The notes: generated by a model not told the origin, from the letters alone. Counted from the stretch's first letter, positions 31,451 to 42,663 are shown. The stretch: DNA of 64,000 nt from Robiginitomaculum sp. (GCA_002733605.1 NVWK01000012.1:16506-80505); one strand, 5' to 3'. Translations and numbers: made by a program.

Positions 31451-31746
31451 ATCTGTCTCCGTACGGTCGTTTTTGTAACCGCGTAAAGTACGCTTTGGTG
31501 GGAAAGCGCGACCCAAAGCCCGTATGCTGGATTCTGTGAGGTGGGTCAAGAGCTAAGGTGAGAGAGGTATATGTCTCTTAAAGGCACCCGATATTGCACC
31601 ACACCCAAAGTGATGAAATTTTGTGCATGTCACAAAATTGTGCTAAAAATTTAGACAATTTGACATTTTTAACCTTCTTTTAACCCGTTTCCGCCGCGCT
31701 CATGTCGACTCTCTATCAAGTATAGATTTAAGGCTTGAGCCACTAG

Positions 31747-32133
<387 letters not shown>

Positions 32134-32156
32134 TCCCACAAAATTGGAGACACATA

Positions 32157-33485
32157 ATGTCTAAGTTTAAGAAAATTATCGGGGGACTTTCCCTCGCACT
32201 ATTTATGGCAGGGACCGCGCACGCGGAAACGCTTGATCTGGAAGCGCTCAATGCGCTTGTAAATTCAAATGCGGAACAAGATTCCTATATTTTTGGCACC
32301 TTGCTGTTTCTCATCGGCGGGTTCCTTGTCATGTGGATGGCGGCTGGTTTTGCCATGCTTGAAGCGGGCCTTGTTCGCTCTAAAAACGTATCCATGCAGT
32401 GTTTGAAAAATATCTCGCTCTACGCTGTCGCCGGCATTATGTTCTGGCTCATCGGCTATAGTATCGCCTATGAAATTACCGAAGGTGCAAAATTTGCAAA
32501 TTTCGCCAGTCTTGGCCCAAGGGTTTTCGGAGATGCTGCGGATAATAGCGGCGGATACTCGGCTGCGTCCGACTGGTTCTTCCAGATGGTTTTCTGTGCA
32601 ACGACGGCCTCTATTGTCTCGGGCACGTTGGCAGAACGCATTAAATTCTGGCCTTTCCTGATTTTCACGGCTTTGCTCACCGGCTTTATCTATCCGGTTG
32701 TCACGTCATGGGAATGGGGTACAGGCTGGCTCGATGCACTCGGCTTTAGCGATTTCGCCGGGTCCTCTCTTGTTCACTCTACCGGTGGCTGGGCCGCTTT
32801 GGTCGGGGCTATCATTCTTGGTGCCCGTAAAGGCAAATACGAAAATGGTCGTGTCAACCCTATGCCAGGTTCCTCCATGCCTCTCGCGACTTTGGGTGTG
32901 TTCATCCTCTGGTTAGGCTGGTTCGGGTTTAACGGCGCGTCACAGCTCGCAATGGGCACAATTAAAGACGTAACGGAAGTTTCAAAAATCTTCGTCAACA
33001 CAAATTTAGCCGCCTGTGCGGGTGTTGTCGTCGCGATTTTCTACACACAAATTCGCTACAAGAAGATTGATTTGACCATGGCTCTCAATGGCGCACTCGC
33101 TGGCTTGGTTGCCATTACAGCGGAACCTCTCACACCAACAGTTGTTCAATCTTTGCTCGTAGGTGGTGCCGGATCATTGCTCGCAATGCTCACCGTGCCT
33201 CTGCTCGACAAGTTTAAAATCGATGATGTTGTCGGCGCGATCCCTGTGCATTTGGTTGCCGGTATATTCGGCACACTTGTCGTGGCCTACACCAATGCGG
33301 ATGTTACGTTCAAGGCGCAACTCACAGGTGTGGTTGCGATCGGTGTCTTCACTGTCGTCGCAAGTGCTATTGGTTGGCTCTTGCTTAAGTTCACCGTTGG
33401 TATCCGGGTTTCCGCAGAAGACGAGGAAATGGGTCTTGACCATGCCGAGGTTGGTGTTGCGGCCTACCCTGAATTCACCACTTAA
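32157..33485 (+). CDS. amtB: ammonium transporter AmtB
   Basis: Signal peptide plus an 11-TM Amt pattern (FQMVFCATTASIVSGTLAERIKF, DFAGSSLVHSTGGWAAL, PVHLVAGIFGTL). Confidence 0.93.
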   Translation: MSKFKKIIGGLSLALFMAGTAHAETLDLEALNALVNSNAEQDSYIFGTLLFLIGGFLVMWMAAGFAMLEAGLVRSKNVSMQCLKNISLYAVAGIMFWLIGYSIAYEITEGAKFANFASLGPRVFGDAADNSGGYSAASDWFFQMVFCATTASIVSGTLAERIKFWPFLIFTALLTGFIYPVVTSWEWGTGWLDALGFSDFAGSSLVHSTGGWAALVGAIILGARKGKYENGRVNPMPGSSMPLATLGVFILWLGWFGFNGASQLAMGTIKDVTEVSKIFVNTNLAACAGVVVAIFYTQIRYKKIDLTMALNGALAGLVAITAEPLTPTVVQSLLVGGAGSLLAMLTVPLLDKFKIDDVVGAIPVHLVAGIFGTLVVAYTNADVTFKAQLTGVVAIGVFTVVASAIGWLLLKFTVGIRVSAEDEEMGLDHAEVGVAAYPEFTT

Positions 33486-33519
33486 TTTCTATAAATATTG
33501 ATCAACTAAGGAAAATATC

Positions 33520-34254
33520 ATGAAAAAATTACTCTTAACCAGTTTAGCCGTCCCTGCAATGATGCTGGGCCTGTCAACAGCCGCCAGTGCGCAAGAAGTC
33601 GAAGTCAGCGCCAGTGTCGATTATGTCTCGGAATATGTATTCCGGGGCGTCACCCTTGCCGGTGACGCGATCCAACCGGGCCTCGAAGCCAGTTTTGGTA
33701 ACTTCACATTTGGTGGATGGCTTTCCGTCCCTATTGAAAATGGCTCCAATTTCGATACCGAGCTTGATCTGTATATCGGCTATTCATTTGATTTGTTTGA
33801 AAACGTATCTACGGACGTGGGTCTAACGGTTTATCACTATCCTGAATCCGGTGGTCTATTTGACTTCGGGACAGGCGGCGGTGCAGCCAGCACAATGGAA
33901 ATCTATGGCGCCCTTGGGTTTAGCGGGCCGCTAGAGCCAAGCCTAACCGCATATTATGATCTCACCCTCGAAGCCTTTACCCTTGAAGGCAGTGTCGGGT
34001 ATTCAGTACCGCTGGCAGAAAAAACCAGTTTTGACATTGGCGCGACTGTTGGTGCGGTGAGCGTCAAAGGGGCTGGCGATTACCAATACGGCTCTTTGAG
34101 CGGCGCGGTAAGTTATGCCGTTTCAGAGGCAACGTCCGTCTATGTAGGTGCGAATTTCGGCTTTAGTTCCGAGGACACATTCCTGAAACTTTCAAGCTTC
34201 ACACCAAAAGGCTCAAGCGCCTGGTTTGGTGCAGGGATTTCTACCGGCTTCTAG
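33520..34254 (+). CDS. TorF-family putative outer-membrane porin
   Basis: Signal peptide, VSASVDYVSEYVFRGVTLAGDAIQPGLEASFGNFTFGGWLS, and a terminal GISTGF. This family is commonly linked to glnK-amtB. Confidence 0.7.
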   Translation: MKKLLLTSLAVPAMMLGLSTAASAQEVEVSASVDYVSEYVFRGVTLAGDAIQPGLEASFGNFTFGGWLSVPIENGSNFDTELDLYIGYSFDLFENVSTDVGLTVYHYPESGGLFDFGTGGGAASTMEIYGALGFSGPLEPSLTAYYDLTLEAFTLEGSVGYSVPLAEKTSFDIGATVGAVSVKGAGDYQYGSLSGAVSYAVSEATSVYVGANFGFSSEDTFLKLSSFTPKGSSAWFGAGISTGF

Positions 34255-34357
34255 GCGCCGGTGACCCTCCGGCGCTCTGCAAAACAGGGCGGAATGCGGA
34301 GGTATTTACAAAGGGTGCCCTGAAAAGGGCATCCATACATTACCCTTAAACTTATAG

Positions 34358-34393
34358 CGTGATTTCAGATTTTTCTGGATCACGCTTTTTTTT
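34358..34393 (+). terminator. intrinsic terminator after the glnK-amtB-porin operon
   Basis: GCGTGATTTCAGA-TTTT-TCTGGATCACGC stem-loop (13 bp with one G-U pair) followed by T8. Confidence 0.7.
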
Positions 34394-34462
34394 GCTTCCT
34401 TCTAGGCACTTTCCCGTTAGTCTGCGGGCAATTTTGACGATCTCCGAAAGAAAGTAAGCGCC

Positions 34463-35383
34463 ATGGCATCTGATAAAACGGCCCGCACCACCCTCCTGTA
34501 TATTTATGTTGCCTTGATGGTCTTTATTTGGAGTACCGGATACACACTGATGTTCTACGCCGTATATTCAGGCGGGTTTCCGGCAGAATGGGTGCCAGCG
34601 GCCCGCACGACCCTGCCTGCGATTGGCATTACAATCTATCTTTATTCACGCGGCCTGAAGCTGCCTTCCCTCAAGGACAAAAGATGGTTCTGGTATGGGT
34701 TGATGGGTTTTTTTGGCATGACGGCCCCGTTCTTTTTGCAAGCCAAAGGTAATGAGTTAGGGGTGGAGAGCGGTATGTCATCTATTCTTGTAAGTGGAGC
34801 CATGCCTTTATTTACGATCATTCTGGCGCATTTTTTCGTCAAAAGCGAACCTTTGAGCTGGCGTAAAAGTATTGGGTTTGTGATCGGTTTTATCGGGATC
34901 ATCTTTTTATTCCTACCCGAACAGATCAGCTGGGATTTGATACAAAACTGGAATGCACAAGGCATAATGTTGATGGTGGCCCTGTCCTATGCTTTGGCCT
35001 CTATCGTCGCCAAACGCGCACCGGACACACCCGCCAGTATCGGGGCCGCGATTATGCTGATCACAGCGGCCATCACCGCATTTATCATGGCCGCACCGGC
35101 AGGATTACCTGATACCCATGTCTCGAAGGGTGTATTGATTGCCCTTCTGGTTTTGTCGATTTGCTATACGGGCCTGTCCGATATTTTATATTTGAAAGTG
35201 ATCGAGTTGAGCGGGCCAAGCATGATCGCAAAGATCAATTATATTGTGCCCGTGTTCGCGCTTGTCTTTGGCATGATCTTTCTGGATGAAATGTTTAGCT
35301 GGCGCTCTATCGCCGCTATGATGATCATCATTACCGGGCTGCTCATCGCGCGCATCGGTGAGAAAAGCGGCAATACCAGCTAA
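34463..35383 (+). CDS. DMT-superfamily (EamA) transporter
   Basis: 10-TM pattern with two EamA-like halves. Confidence 0.85.
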   Translation: MASDKTARTTLLYIYVALMVFIWSTGYTLMFYAVYSGGFPAEWVPAARTTLPAIGITIYLYSRGLKLPSLKDKRWFWYGLMGFFGMTAPFFLQAKGNELGVESGMSSILVSGAMPLFTIILAHFFVKSEPLSWRKSIGFVIGFIGIIFLFLPEQISWDLIQNWNAQGIMLMVALSYALASIVAKRAPDTPASIGAAIMLITAAITAFIMAAPAGLPDTHVSKGVLIALLVLSICYTGLSDILYLKVIELSGPSMIAKINYIVPVFALVFGMIFLDEMFSWRSIAAMMIIITGLLIARIGEKSGNTS

Positions 35384-35391
35384 GGTGAAAC

Positions 35392-36291
35392 ATGCACAAA
35401 AGCACAAAAACAAGCGATAAAACCCTTATTTACGCCTATTCTATTGCCCTTATTCTTATCTGGGGTACGGCGTATACAATGGTCGGATATGCGGTTGTCC
35501 ATGTCGCACCGGTTTGGCTTGTCGCCTCACGAACCTGTATTGCCGCAATCATTCTCACTCTCTATATGTATATAAGAGGGCGTAGGTTTCCACCACTCAC
35601 AGACAGTGTCTGGATTTGGTATGGCGGGCTTGGCTTTGTTGGCATGACCGCCCCGTTTTATTTCATAGCGCAAGCGCAAATGCAGGTAGATAGCGGCCTG
35701 ACAGCCATCCTTATCGGATTTATGCCGCTTGCCACCATCGTGCTGGCACATTTTTTCGTCAAGGGCGAAGCTTTAAGCTGGCGCAAATCCATAGGGTTTA
35801 TCATCGGGTTTTCCGGCCTTTTCATACTGTTCATGCCAGATACATTTGCGCTGGAATTGATCGAAGACTGGCGCGCCCAAAGCCTGATCCTGTTAGGCGC
35901 AACCTTATATGCCATAACGACGATACTGGCCAAACTAGCCCCCGAAGTCCACGCCAGTGTCGGGGCCTGCATGATCGTGATCGGGGCGGCTGTATGGTCA
36001 CTTGTCTGGCTTGCATTTTCCGGCACCCCACAAACCCTTCCGCCTACATCTGCCATACTGGCTATTCTCGGCATTGCTGTCGGGTCAACCGCCTTCGCGC
36101 AAATCCTCTATCTACGCCTGATCCAGATCAGCGGGCCGACCCTGATCGCCAAGTTGAATTATCTGGTGCCAATTTGCGCCCTTGTTTCCGGGATCGTATT
36201 TTTAGACGAGCGCTTTGGCTGGCGAACCCTTATGGCCATGGGCGTTATTTTTGTCGGGCTTCTGATCGCGCGGAGCAAAGGCAAACCTTAA
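35392..36291 (+). CDS. DMT-superfamily (EamA) transporter, paralog of the preceding gene
   Basis: Collinear similarity to 34463-35383 (e.g. LAHFFVKSEPLSWRKSIGFVIGFIGIIFLFLP versus LAHFFVKGEALSWRKSIGFIIGFSGLFILFMP). Confidence 0.85.
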   Translation: MHKSTKTSDKTLIYAYSIALILIWGTAYTMVGYAVVHVAPVWLVASRTCIAAIILTLYMYIRGRRFPPLTDSVWIWYGGLGFVGMTAPFYFIAQAQMQVDSGLTAILIGFMPLATIVLAHFFVKGEALSWRKSIGFIIGFSGLFILFMPDTFALELIEDWRAQSLILLGATLYAITTILAKLAPEVHASVGACMIVIGAAVWSLVWLAFSGTPQTLPPTSAILAILGIAVGSTAFAQILYLRLIQISGPTLIAKLNYLVPICALVSGIVFLDERFGWRTLMAMGVIFVGLLIARSKGKP

Positions 36292-37160
36292 GTCTTTAAA
36301 TCCTTTAGGGCAGCAAATGGATTGGGCTTGCCGTCCGATTTTTGGACGTCCACGTCCATGCCTGCCGCGAGACCATGATTGAGCGGCCCATTGCCTTTGC
36401 CCAGTTTGGGGGCCGTACGAATAGCTTCAAAAATAAATTCGCGAGCCTCTTGCACAGCCTGCTCAACCGGCATGCCCTGGGCCAATAAAGCCGCCATAGC
36501 GCTTGCCAGTGTACATCCGGTGCCGTGAGTATGGCGGGAGTAAATGCGCGGGGCGCTCATCATCTGGTTGCCCTCGGGCGTCACCAGTACATCCAATATG
36601 CTTTTGCCTTCCAGATGTCCGCCTTTTATCAACGCACCGTAGGCCCCCATCTCCAGCAATGCTTCACCGGCCTTGATCATGCCGTCCACATCCTTGACCT
36701 CGACGCCAGTCAATATGGCCGCTTCAATGCTGTTGGGGGTGACGAGATCGGCCATGGGTAACAGATTGTCTTTCAACGAGGCTATGGCCTCAGGCTCCAA
36801 AAGCGCATTCCCGCTCGTAGACACCAAAACGGGATCAAGGACAATTGGAATATCTTCGCCTTGCTCAGCAATCACCTGCGCAACGGCGTCTATGATAGCA
36901 CCATTGGCGAGCATGCCAATTTTGATTACGTCCGCCCCAATATCGGACAAGATACTCCGCATTTGATCCGCGACCAAATCTGCTGGCAGGGCTTCAACTC
37001 GCTGCACATCCACTGTATTTTGAGCCGTAATAGCGGTAATTGCCGTAGCACTGTAGACGCCAAATGCGGCACAGGTTTTTATGTCGGCCTGAATACCGGC
37101 ACCACCACCAGAGTCTGACCCGGCAACGATAAGGACGCGTGCTATTTTTGGTTTATCCAT
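36288..37160 (-). CDS. thiD: hydroxymethylpyrimidine/phosphomethylpyrimidine kinase
   Basis: VLIVAGSDSGGGAGIQADIKT, and HTHGTGCTLASA near the C-terminus. Confidence 0.9.
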   Translation of the reverse strand: MDKPKIARVLIVAGSDSGGGAGIQADIKTCAAFGVYSATAITAITAQNTVDVQRVEALPADLVADQMRSILSDIGADVIKIGMLANGAIIDAVAQVIAEQGEDIPIVLDPVLVSTSGNALLEPEAIASLKDNLLPMADLVTPNSIEAAILTGVEVKDVDGMIKAGEALLEMGAYGALIKGGHLEGKSILDVLVTPEGNQMMSAPRIYSRHTHGTGCTLASAMAALLAQGMPVEQAVQEAREFIFEAIRTAPKLGKGNGPLNHGLAAGMDVDVQKSDGKPNPFAALKDLKT

Positions 37161-37968
37161 TTTTTTGTTTCCTCATCGCCTGCCAGACTTTCAAAGCCTG
37201 AGCGGTTTCTTTCACGTCATGGACGCGCACGATAGATGCACCCAAGTTTGCCGCCCACAGGGCGCTGGCGAGTGAGCCACCAAGGCGCGCGTCTGCCGGG
37301 CTTTTATCAATCATGCTGATAAAGTTTTTGCGGGATGCTCCGATCAAAACGCGGTACCCAAGCGCGTTCAAATCATCTACCTCTGCCAAGAGCAAGAGAT
37401 TATCCTCTAGCCGCTTGCCGAAGCCAATACCGGGATCGAGGATTATATTTTTCGCCTGCACACCGCCTGCCATTGCGGCCTCTAGCCGGCGTTTCAAATA
37501 CGTGCACACCTCGTCCACAACATTGTCATAGACGGGGTTCTCCTGCATTGTTTTAGGCGTGCCTTTCATATGCATGAGGACAATTTCACAGCCCAACTCG
37601 GCAGCCATTGAAATACTGTTTGCTTCAAAGCTTAAGGCCGTCACATCATTCCAAATGCTTGCGCCCGCTTTGATAGCCGCTTTCGCCACTTTGGGGCGAC
37701 GGGTATCAATAGAAATTTGAGCGGAAAGGTTTTCAGAGACAAGCCCTTCGATCACCGGTAAAATCCGTGCAAGCTCGTCTGCCTCGCTCACGACATCCGC
37801 ACCCGGACGTGTAGACTCGCCGCCAATATCAATGATATGCGCCCCGTGGGTACACATCTCGAGCGCATGGGTAATGGCTTTATCTGTACTGGAGAACTGG
37901 CCGCCATCCGAGAAACTATCCGGCGTCACGTTTAGAATACCCATGATCTGGGTGGAGGGCTGGGACAT
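37153..37968 (-). CDS. folP: dihydropteroate synthase
   Basis: IMGILNVTPDSFSDGG, IIDIGGESTRPG, DPGIGFGK motifs. Overlaps the thiD start by 8 nt. Confidence 0.93.
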   Translation of the reverse strand: MSQPSTQIMGILNVTPDSFSDGGQFSSTDKAITHALEMCTHGAHIIDIGGESTRPGADVVSEADELARILPVIEGLVSENLSAQISIDTRRPKVAKAAIKAGASIWNDVTALSFEANSISMAAELGCEIVLMHMKGTPKTMQENPVYDNVVDEVCTYLKRRLEAAMAGGVQAKNIILDPGIGFGKRLEDNLLLLAEVDDLNALGYRVLIGASRKNFISMIDKSPADARLGGSLASALWAANLGASIVRVHDVKETAQALKVWQAMRKQKNG

Positions 37969-37976
37969 AATCCGGC

Positions 37977-38354
37977 TTATTTTACACGCTCGGAAATAGA
38001 CAATATGTTGCCATCAGGGTCTTTGAACCATGCGATTTTAGTCCCGTCAGGCGAGCTCCAAACATTGCGTTCATCCATGCCCATCTGGTCGTAATGCTCG
38101 AACTTTACACCACGCTCTTCCAATTCATCCATAGCGCTGGAGAGATCGGGAACCTGCCAATCAAGAACGGTAAACGGCATTGTGTTGAATGTAGGCACTT
38201 TGGAAATACGAAGCTCGACCCCTTTAAGATCGAACACCAATGCAAAATCATTTTCCTCGCGTAAATCCAGTCCCAGCACCTGCGTATAAAACGCCAAGCA
38301 CTCTTCAGCTTTGACTGTTGCCAAGAAGATCGAAACATCGAGGGACTTAAACAT
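37977..38354 (-). CDS. VOC (glyoxalase/bleomycin-resistance) family protein
   Basis: 125 aa with a paired beta-alpha-beta-beta-beta pattern (FYTQVLGL...; AWFKDPDGNILSI). Confidence 0.7.
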   Translation of the reverse strand: MFKSLDVSIFLATVKAEECLAFYTQVLGLDLREENDFALVFDLKGVELRISKVPTFNTMPFTVLDWQVPDLSSAMDELEERGVKFEHYDQMGMDERNVWSSPDGTKIAWFKDPDGNILSISERVK

Positions 38355-38360
38355 AGCGGC

Positions 38361-40301
38361 CTAACTTTCTGGTTGCGCCTTTGGTTTACGCTTACGCTTG
38401 GGCTTGGAGGCTGGTTTGGGTTTTACCACAATTGTGGTTGGCACAGCGGATAGACCGCCCGTACCGCCGTTGCCACCTTCGAAATCAGGACGTTTGGGAA
38501 GTATGTTGTCCTCCAGGAGATCTGTAATCTCGTCCCCGGACAGGGTTTCATATTCGAGAAGCGCTTCGGCCAACTTGTACCAATGTTTCTTTTTCTTCTT
38601 TAAAACCGCCAATGCGGTTTCGTGCGCTTCTGTGACAAAGCGTTTGATCTCGTCTTCGATAACCCGCGCTGTTTCCGGCGAGATCGCAGACCCACGCCCG
38701 ATCCCGGGCATGAAACTGCTTTGATCGGTATTCTTATAGGCAATTGGGCCGACTTTATCAGACAGGCCCCATTCGGTGACCATAGCGGTCGCGATACTGG
38801 TCACTTGTTCAATGTCTGACGAGGCACCAGATGTGACTTTGTCATAGCCGAATTTCAACTCTTCTGCGGCCCGTCCCCCCATCGCCATCGCCATGCGCGC
38901 GATCATTTCTTCGCGGGATTGGGAAATCTGGTCCCGTTCGGGCAAATACTGCACCATGCCAAGGGCACGGCCACGCGGCATAATTGTTGCCTTATGGATT
39001 GGTAAACTGCCGGGCATATTCATACCGACAATGGCATGTCCCGCCTCATGATAGGCCGTGTTGGCGCGCTCTTCCTCTGTCATCGACAGGGATTTACGCT
39101 CGGCCCCCATCAGAACTTTATCGCGGGCGTCTTCAAATTCACGCATGGTCACTTTACGCTTGTTACGGCGTGCGGCCAAAAGTGCCGCCTCATTGACCAG
39201 ATTGGCCAGATCTGCACCGGAGAAACCGGGTGTGCCACGGGCAATGTACTTATTGTCAACATCCTTACCAAGCGGCACTTTTTTCATATGCACGGCGAGG
39301 ATTTGCTCCCGGCCACTAATGTCGGGGAGCGGCACTTCAATCTGGCGATCAAATCGGCCCGGACGCAACAAAGCTTTGTCCAGAACGTCGGGGCGGTTGG
39401 TTGCCGCAATAATAATCACGCCTTCATTACCGTCAAATCCGTCCATTTCAACCAAGAGCTGGTTGAGGGTTTGTTCGCGTTCTTCATGACCACCGGATGT
39501 GCCGACACCACGATGGCGACCGACCGCATCAATCTCGTCAATAAAGATAATACAAGGCGCATTTTTCTTGGCTTGCTCAAACATATCGCGCACACGACTG
39601 GCGCCAACACCGACAAACATCTCTACGAAATCAGAGCCTGAAATTGTGAAAAACGGTACACCGGACTCGCCCGCGACAGCACGGGCCAACAGGGTTTTAC
39701 CTGTACCCGGAGGGCCTATCAACAAAGCGCCTGTCGGAATTTTCGCGCCCAAACGATGGAATTTCGTCGGGTCTTGTAAAAATTCAATAACCTCTTGCAA
39801 ATCCTCTTTCGCAGACTCGACCCCGGCTACATCGTCAAATGTCACCTTGCCTTGCTCCTCGGTAAGCATTTTTGCGCGTGATTTTCCAAAGCTCATAGCG
39901 CCGCCTTTACCGCCGCCCTGCATGGAGCGCATAAACCAGATGGCAATGCCGATAATGAGGACGAATGGTAATACATTGACCAAAAATGCGGTCAGCAAGC
40001 TGGTTTGTTTACGGGGCTTAAGATCGTAGGGCACGAGGTTTGCGTCCCATTTTTCGAGCTGTGCTTCATAGACAATGCTATTGGAAACAAACTCTTGGCC
40101 GTTTTTAAACGTACCCGAGACCTTATCGTTTTGGACATCGACGACCATGTGTTCGACCCGGCCAGCATCTATCGCCACGTTCAGTTCATGGGTTTCTATC
40201 AGATTGCTCTGTGCGGGTTTTAACGAGTTTTGCGAGACAGAAATCACAACTAAAAATGTCAGGAGGATTGCTGCCCAAAAGGCCATAGTGCGCATTTGCA
40301 T
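38361..40301 (-). CDS. ftsH: ATP-dependent zinc metalloprotease FtsH
   Basis: Two N-terminal TMs, Walker A GPPGTGKT, an SRH region and the zinc motif HEAGHA. Confidence 0.97.
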   Translation of the reverse strand: MQMRTMAFWAAILLTFLVVISVSQNSLKPAQSNLIETHELNVAIDAGRVEHMVVDVQNDKVSGTFKNGQEFVSNSIVYEAQLEKWDANLVPYDLKPRKQTSLLTAFLVNVLPFVLIIGIAIWFMRSMQGGGKGGAMSFGKSRAKMLTEEQGKVTFDDVAGVESAKEDLQEVIEFLQDPTKFHRLGAKIPTGALLIGPPGTGKTLLARAVAGESGVPFFTISGSDFVEMFVGVGASRVRDMFEQAKKNAPCIIFIDEIDAVGRHRGVGTSGGHEEREQTLNQLLVEMDGFDGNEGVIIIAATNRPDVLDKALLRPGRFDRQIEVPLPDISGREQILAVHMKKVPLGKDVDNKYIARGTPGFSGADLANLVNEAALLAARRNKRKVTMREFEDARDKVLMGAERKSLSMTEEERANTAYHEAGHAIVGMNMPGSLPIHKATIMPRGRALGMVQYLPERDQISQSREEMIARMAMAMGGRAAEELKFGYDKVTSGASSDIEQVTSIATAMVTEWGLSDKVGPIAYKNTDQSSFMPGIGRGSAISPETARVIEDEIKRFVTEAHETALAVLKKKKKHWYKLAEALLEYETLSGDEITDLLEDNILPKRPDFEGGNGGTGGLSAVPTTIVVKPKPASKPKRKRKPKAQPES

Positions 40302-40420
40302 AGGTTTAAGTCTTTCCGGTTTCCGCGTCTTGGTACGGATTCGTTTGAAGTAGCCTACTATATAGGTACTCCTCCGTCAAAGTTAAGTCCCTATAGGCGG
40401 AAAACTCTCTAGTTTCACAG

Positions 40421-41737
40421 TTAATTTAGCATGGCTTGCAAGTGTGCTCCAATCAGGCACGTTAACCGGAAAGTTGCGCCCGTTTGTTGCGGGTAAGCCC
40501 ACAGCAATTCACATTCTTCTGATGTGCTGCCCCCCGACATATTGTCGCGCAAAATGCAAGGCAGTCCGGCCCGCGCTGGCTCCGGGATATTTTTCAATGC
40601 TTGTTTCTGTTGCTTGTCGAGTTGATCCGCGTACGTCATAAGCGGTGCCATATTGAGGCCAGCTTGATCCGTTTCGACTAAAAAACGACCATCCCAAAGG
40701 GTCGGGGTTTGTGTGGAGAGCGCTATAGGCAATTTTGAAGGTTTTTGTTTGCGGCCAAGCACAGCTCCGGGATCACGGACAATCAAGACATCATGTTTAC
40801 CGCCCACGAACTGCGCGCCGCCCAAAGTCGCGCCCCTAAAACCGGGTTTGAGTAGCTTCGCATTCAATCCGTTTAATTTATCTAACGGGATAGCCTGCGC
40901 TTCGCCTGATACCGCATGGATTAGGTATTTCAAGATTTGCGGGGCCAATTCCGAATTTACCTTTAGTCCTTGCGTCTCAAGAGAGGCGCCACCCCATTTA
41001 TGGATTTTTACGTGTGCCGCCAAGACGGTTTTGATTTTGTTTTTTTCTTCACGCAGGCACTTTTGCGCATGCATGGCGGTGCACAGAAACTGGTCTTTAA
41101 CTTCCGGCATTTTTGCCAAAGCCGTGCGGGCACGGATGCGGGCAAATTTGTGGTTTTCGTTTGAGGGATCGTCAATAAATTCCAGATGGTTTTCGGCGTT
41201 AAAACGGCGCAGTTCATCTCTTGAAACATCCAGTAAAGGGCGCATGATTTCAACCGCGTATAGCTCTGGCCAGATCGGGGCCAGACGCCGGATCCCCATG
41301 CCCGCAAACCCACGCCAGCCACTGTGTTTTTGAGCCCGCATAAACAGGGTTTCGGCCTGATCGTCTCGTGTATGGCCCAACAGGAGCTGAACACTTCCCA
41401 ATTGACGGCAGGTCTCCCCCAGTAATTTATATCTGGCCTGTCTTGCTTTTTCCTGAATGCCGGTGTCTGGTTTCACACCTTCCCAGCGTAGAATTTTGGC
41501 TTGCGCCCCCATTGCCTGTGCTCTTTTTGCGGCAAGCTCGGCTTCTTTACCGGAACCCTCGCGCAGACCATGATCTACGATCAGGGCAAATACGGGGCGT
41601 GCCTGTCGTTTGGCCCATTCGCATACGATAAATAACAGAGCGGTACTGTCTCCGCCCCCTGAGAAAGCGACACTTAACGGTGGGCCGTTCTTACCGGCCA
41701 CCCGTGTGAGATGATCGGAAATTTCCTGAACTAGCAT
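40421..41737 (-). CDS. tilS: tRNA(Ile)-lysidine synthase
   Basis: PP-loop FSGGGDSTAL. Conserved position between cpoB and ftsH. Confidence 0.85.
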   Translation of the reverse strand: MLVQEISDHLTRVAGKNGPPLSVAFSGGGDSTALLFIVCEWAKRQARPVFALIVDHGLREGSGKEAELAAKRAQAMGAQAKILRWEGVKPDTGIQEKARQARYKLLGETCRQLGSVQLLLGHTRDDQAETLFMRAQKHSGWRGFAGMGIRRLAPIWPELYAVEIMRPLLDVSRDELRRFNAENHLEFIDDPSNENHKFARIRARTALAKMPEVKDQFLCTAMHAQKCLREEKNKIKTVLAAHVKIHKWGGASLETQGLKVNSELAPQILKYLIHAVSGEAQAIPLDKLNGLNAKLLKPGFRGATLGGAQFVGGKHDVLIVRDPGAVLGRKQKPSKLPIALSTQTPTLWDGRFLVETDQAGLNMAPLMTYADQLDKQQKQALKNIPEPARAGLPCILRDNMSGGSTSEECELLWAYPQQTGATFRLTCLIGAHLQAMLN

Positions 41738-42663
41738 CCGCTACGTTGGGCTTCACGGGCAGCTTTTGTCCGCACCGTCGACGAGACCCTAGGGAATTGC
41801 CCCGGAAAACTTGCCAGTGTTTGACAGGCCATATCCGTGTTGCCAAGGGCCCGTGCAGTGGACGCCAAACGGATCATGGCATCAGGTGCAAAAATACCTT
41901 TCGGGGCGGCCCGCATGGAGGCAATATAGGCGTCCGCCGCATCCGCATATCCGCCCATGACATAATGGGTTTCCCCGAGCCAGAAATAGACATCGCCGCG
42001 ATCAGGCGCATTTTCGTTTAATTCCAAATATTGTTTGAACGCGATCTGGGCTTGTGAAAAATTACCTTCTTCCATTTTGTCCAGACCAATCGCAGCCAGT
42101 TGGGAGACATCCATGCCCGCACGCATACCCGCAGGCGAAGTGCCGGATGATCCACCCTCTAAAATCGTTGGCGGACCTGCTATGGACGAACCATTACTGT
42201 AGAGACCGCCGCCGATGCGGCTACCCCCATATACATCTTGGCCAGAATCAGACAGCCCGGAACCAGACTGGCCGGAACCAGACTGGCCCGAAAGCGCATA
42301 CCCTCCCCGCTCGGCAACAAGATCGACAGCTTGCAAATGGCGGTCACTGGCCTCGGCACTGGATTGGAGTTGTGTAATATTTTCGGCTAACGCGCGGACT
42401 TCATCTTGTAATGTGTCGCGTTCATAGCGCAATCTCTCCACCTCGCCTGTCTGGGCGCGCTGGGAGGCTTCCAAAGCGTCCATGCGTTGCATTAACCGCT
42501 CTGCGGCCGGGTCACCTGTCAGCATTCTGTTTTCAAGAATGGTCAAACGTTGCGCCAAACGGACATTTTGTGCGGCGAGCTCTTTCTTGCTTTGGGCGTG
42601 AGCGAGCGAAGCTGGCTGAGCCAACAGACAGACGGCACATAGGAAGAGTAAAAATATACGCAT
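41731..42663 (-). CDS. cpoB: Tol-Pal system protein CpoB/YbgF
   Basis: Signal peptide, an N-terminal coiled-coil and a C-terminal TPR region (YFWLGETHYVMGGYADAADAY). Follows pal. Confidence 0.8.
   Translation of the reverse strand: MRIFLLFLCAVCLLAQPASLAHAQSKKELAAQNVRLAQRLTILENRMLTGDPAAERLMQRMDALEASQRAQTGEVERLRYERDTLQDEVRALAENITQLQSSAEASDRHLQAVDLVAERGGYALSGQSGSGQSGSGLSDSGQDVYGGSRIGGGLYSNGSSIAGPPTILEGGSSGTSPAGMRAGMDVSQLAAIGLDKMEEGNFSQAQIAFKQYLELNENAPDRGDVYFWLGETHYVMGGYADAADAYIASMRAAPKGIFAPDAMIRLASTARALGNTDMACQTLASFPGQFPRVSSTVRTKAAREAQRSGC
42257..42286. repeat. perfect 2 x 15-bp in-frame tandem repeat inside cpoB
   Basis: CCGGAACCAGACTGG occurs twice in a row. It encodes the SGQSGSGQSGSG low-complexity linker. 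Confidence 0.9.

Noticed and set aside
30284-31549. Long upstream extensions of track ORFs. Examples: serC from 31549, ruvA from 49766, ruvC from 50260, tolQ from 46911, yebC from 54781, pgk from 58420, gap from 57458, glnK from 31768, thiC from 19944.
   Set aside because: In each case the conserved family N-terminus begins at an internal ATG with a plausible SD or a coupling overlap. Several of the track starts are TTG or GTG codons, so I trimmed the coordinates.
31580-31600. Sigma-54-like -24/-12 element (GGCACCCGATATTGCA) and TGCACC-type half sites upstream of glnK-amtB.
   Set aside because: The GG-to-GC spacing is one nucleotide longer than the TGGCAC-N5-TTGC consensus. The putative NtrC half sites are weak. 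This is not enough to call a promoter from sequence alone.
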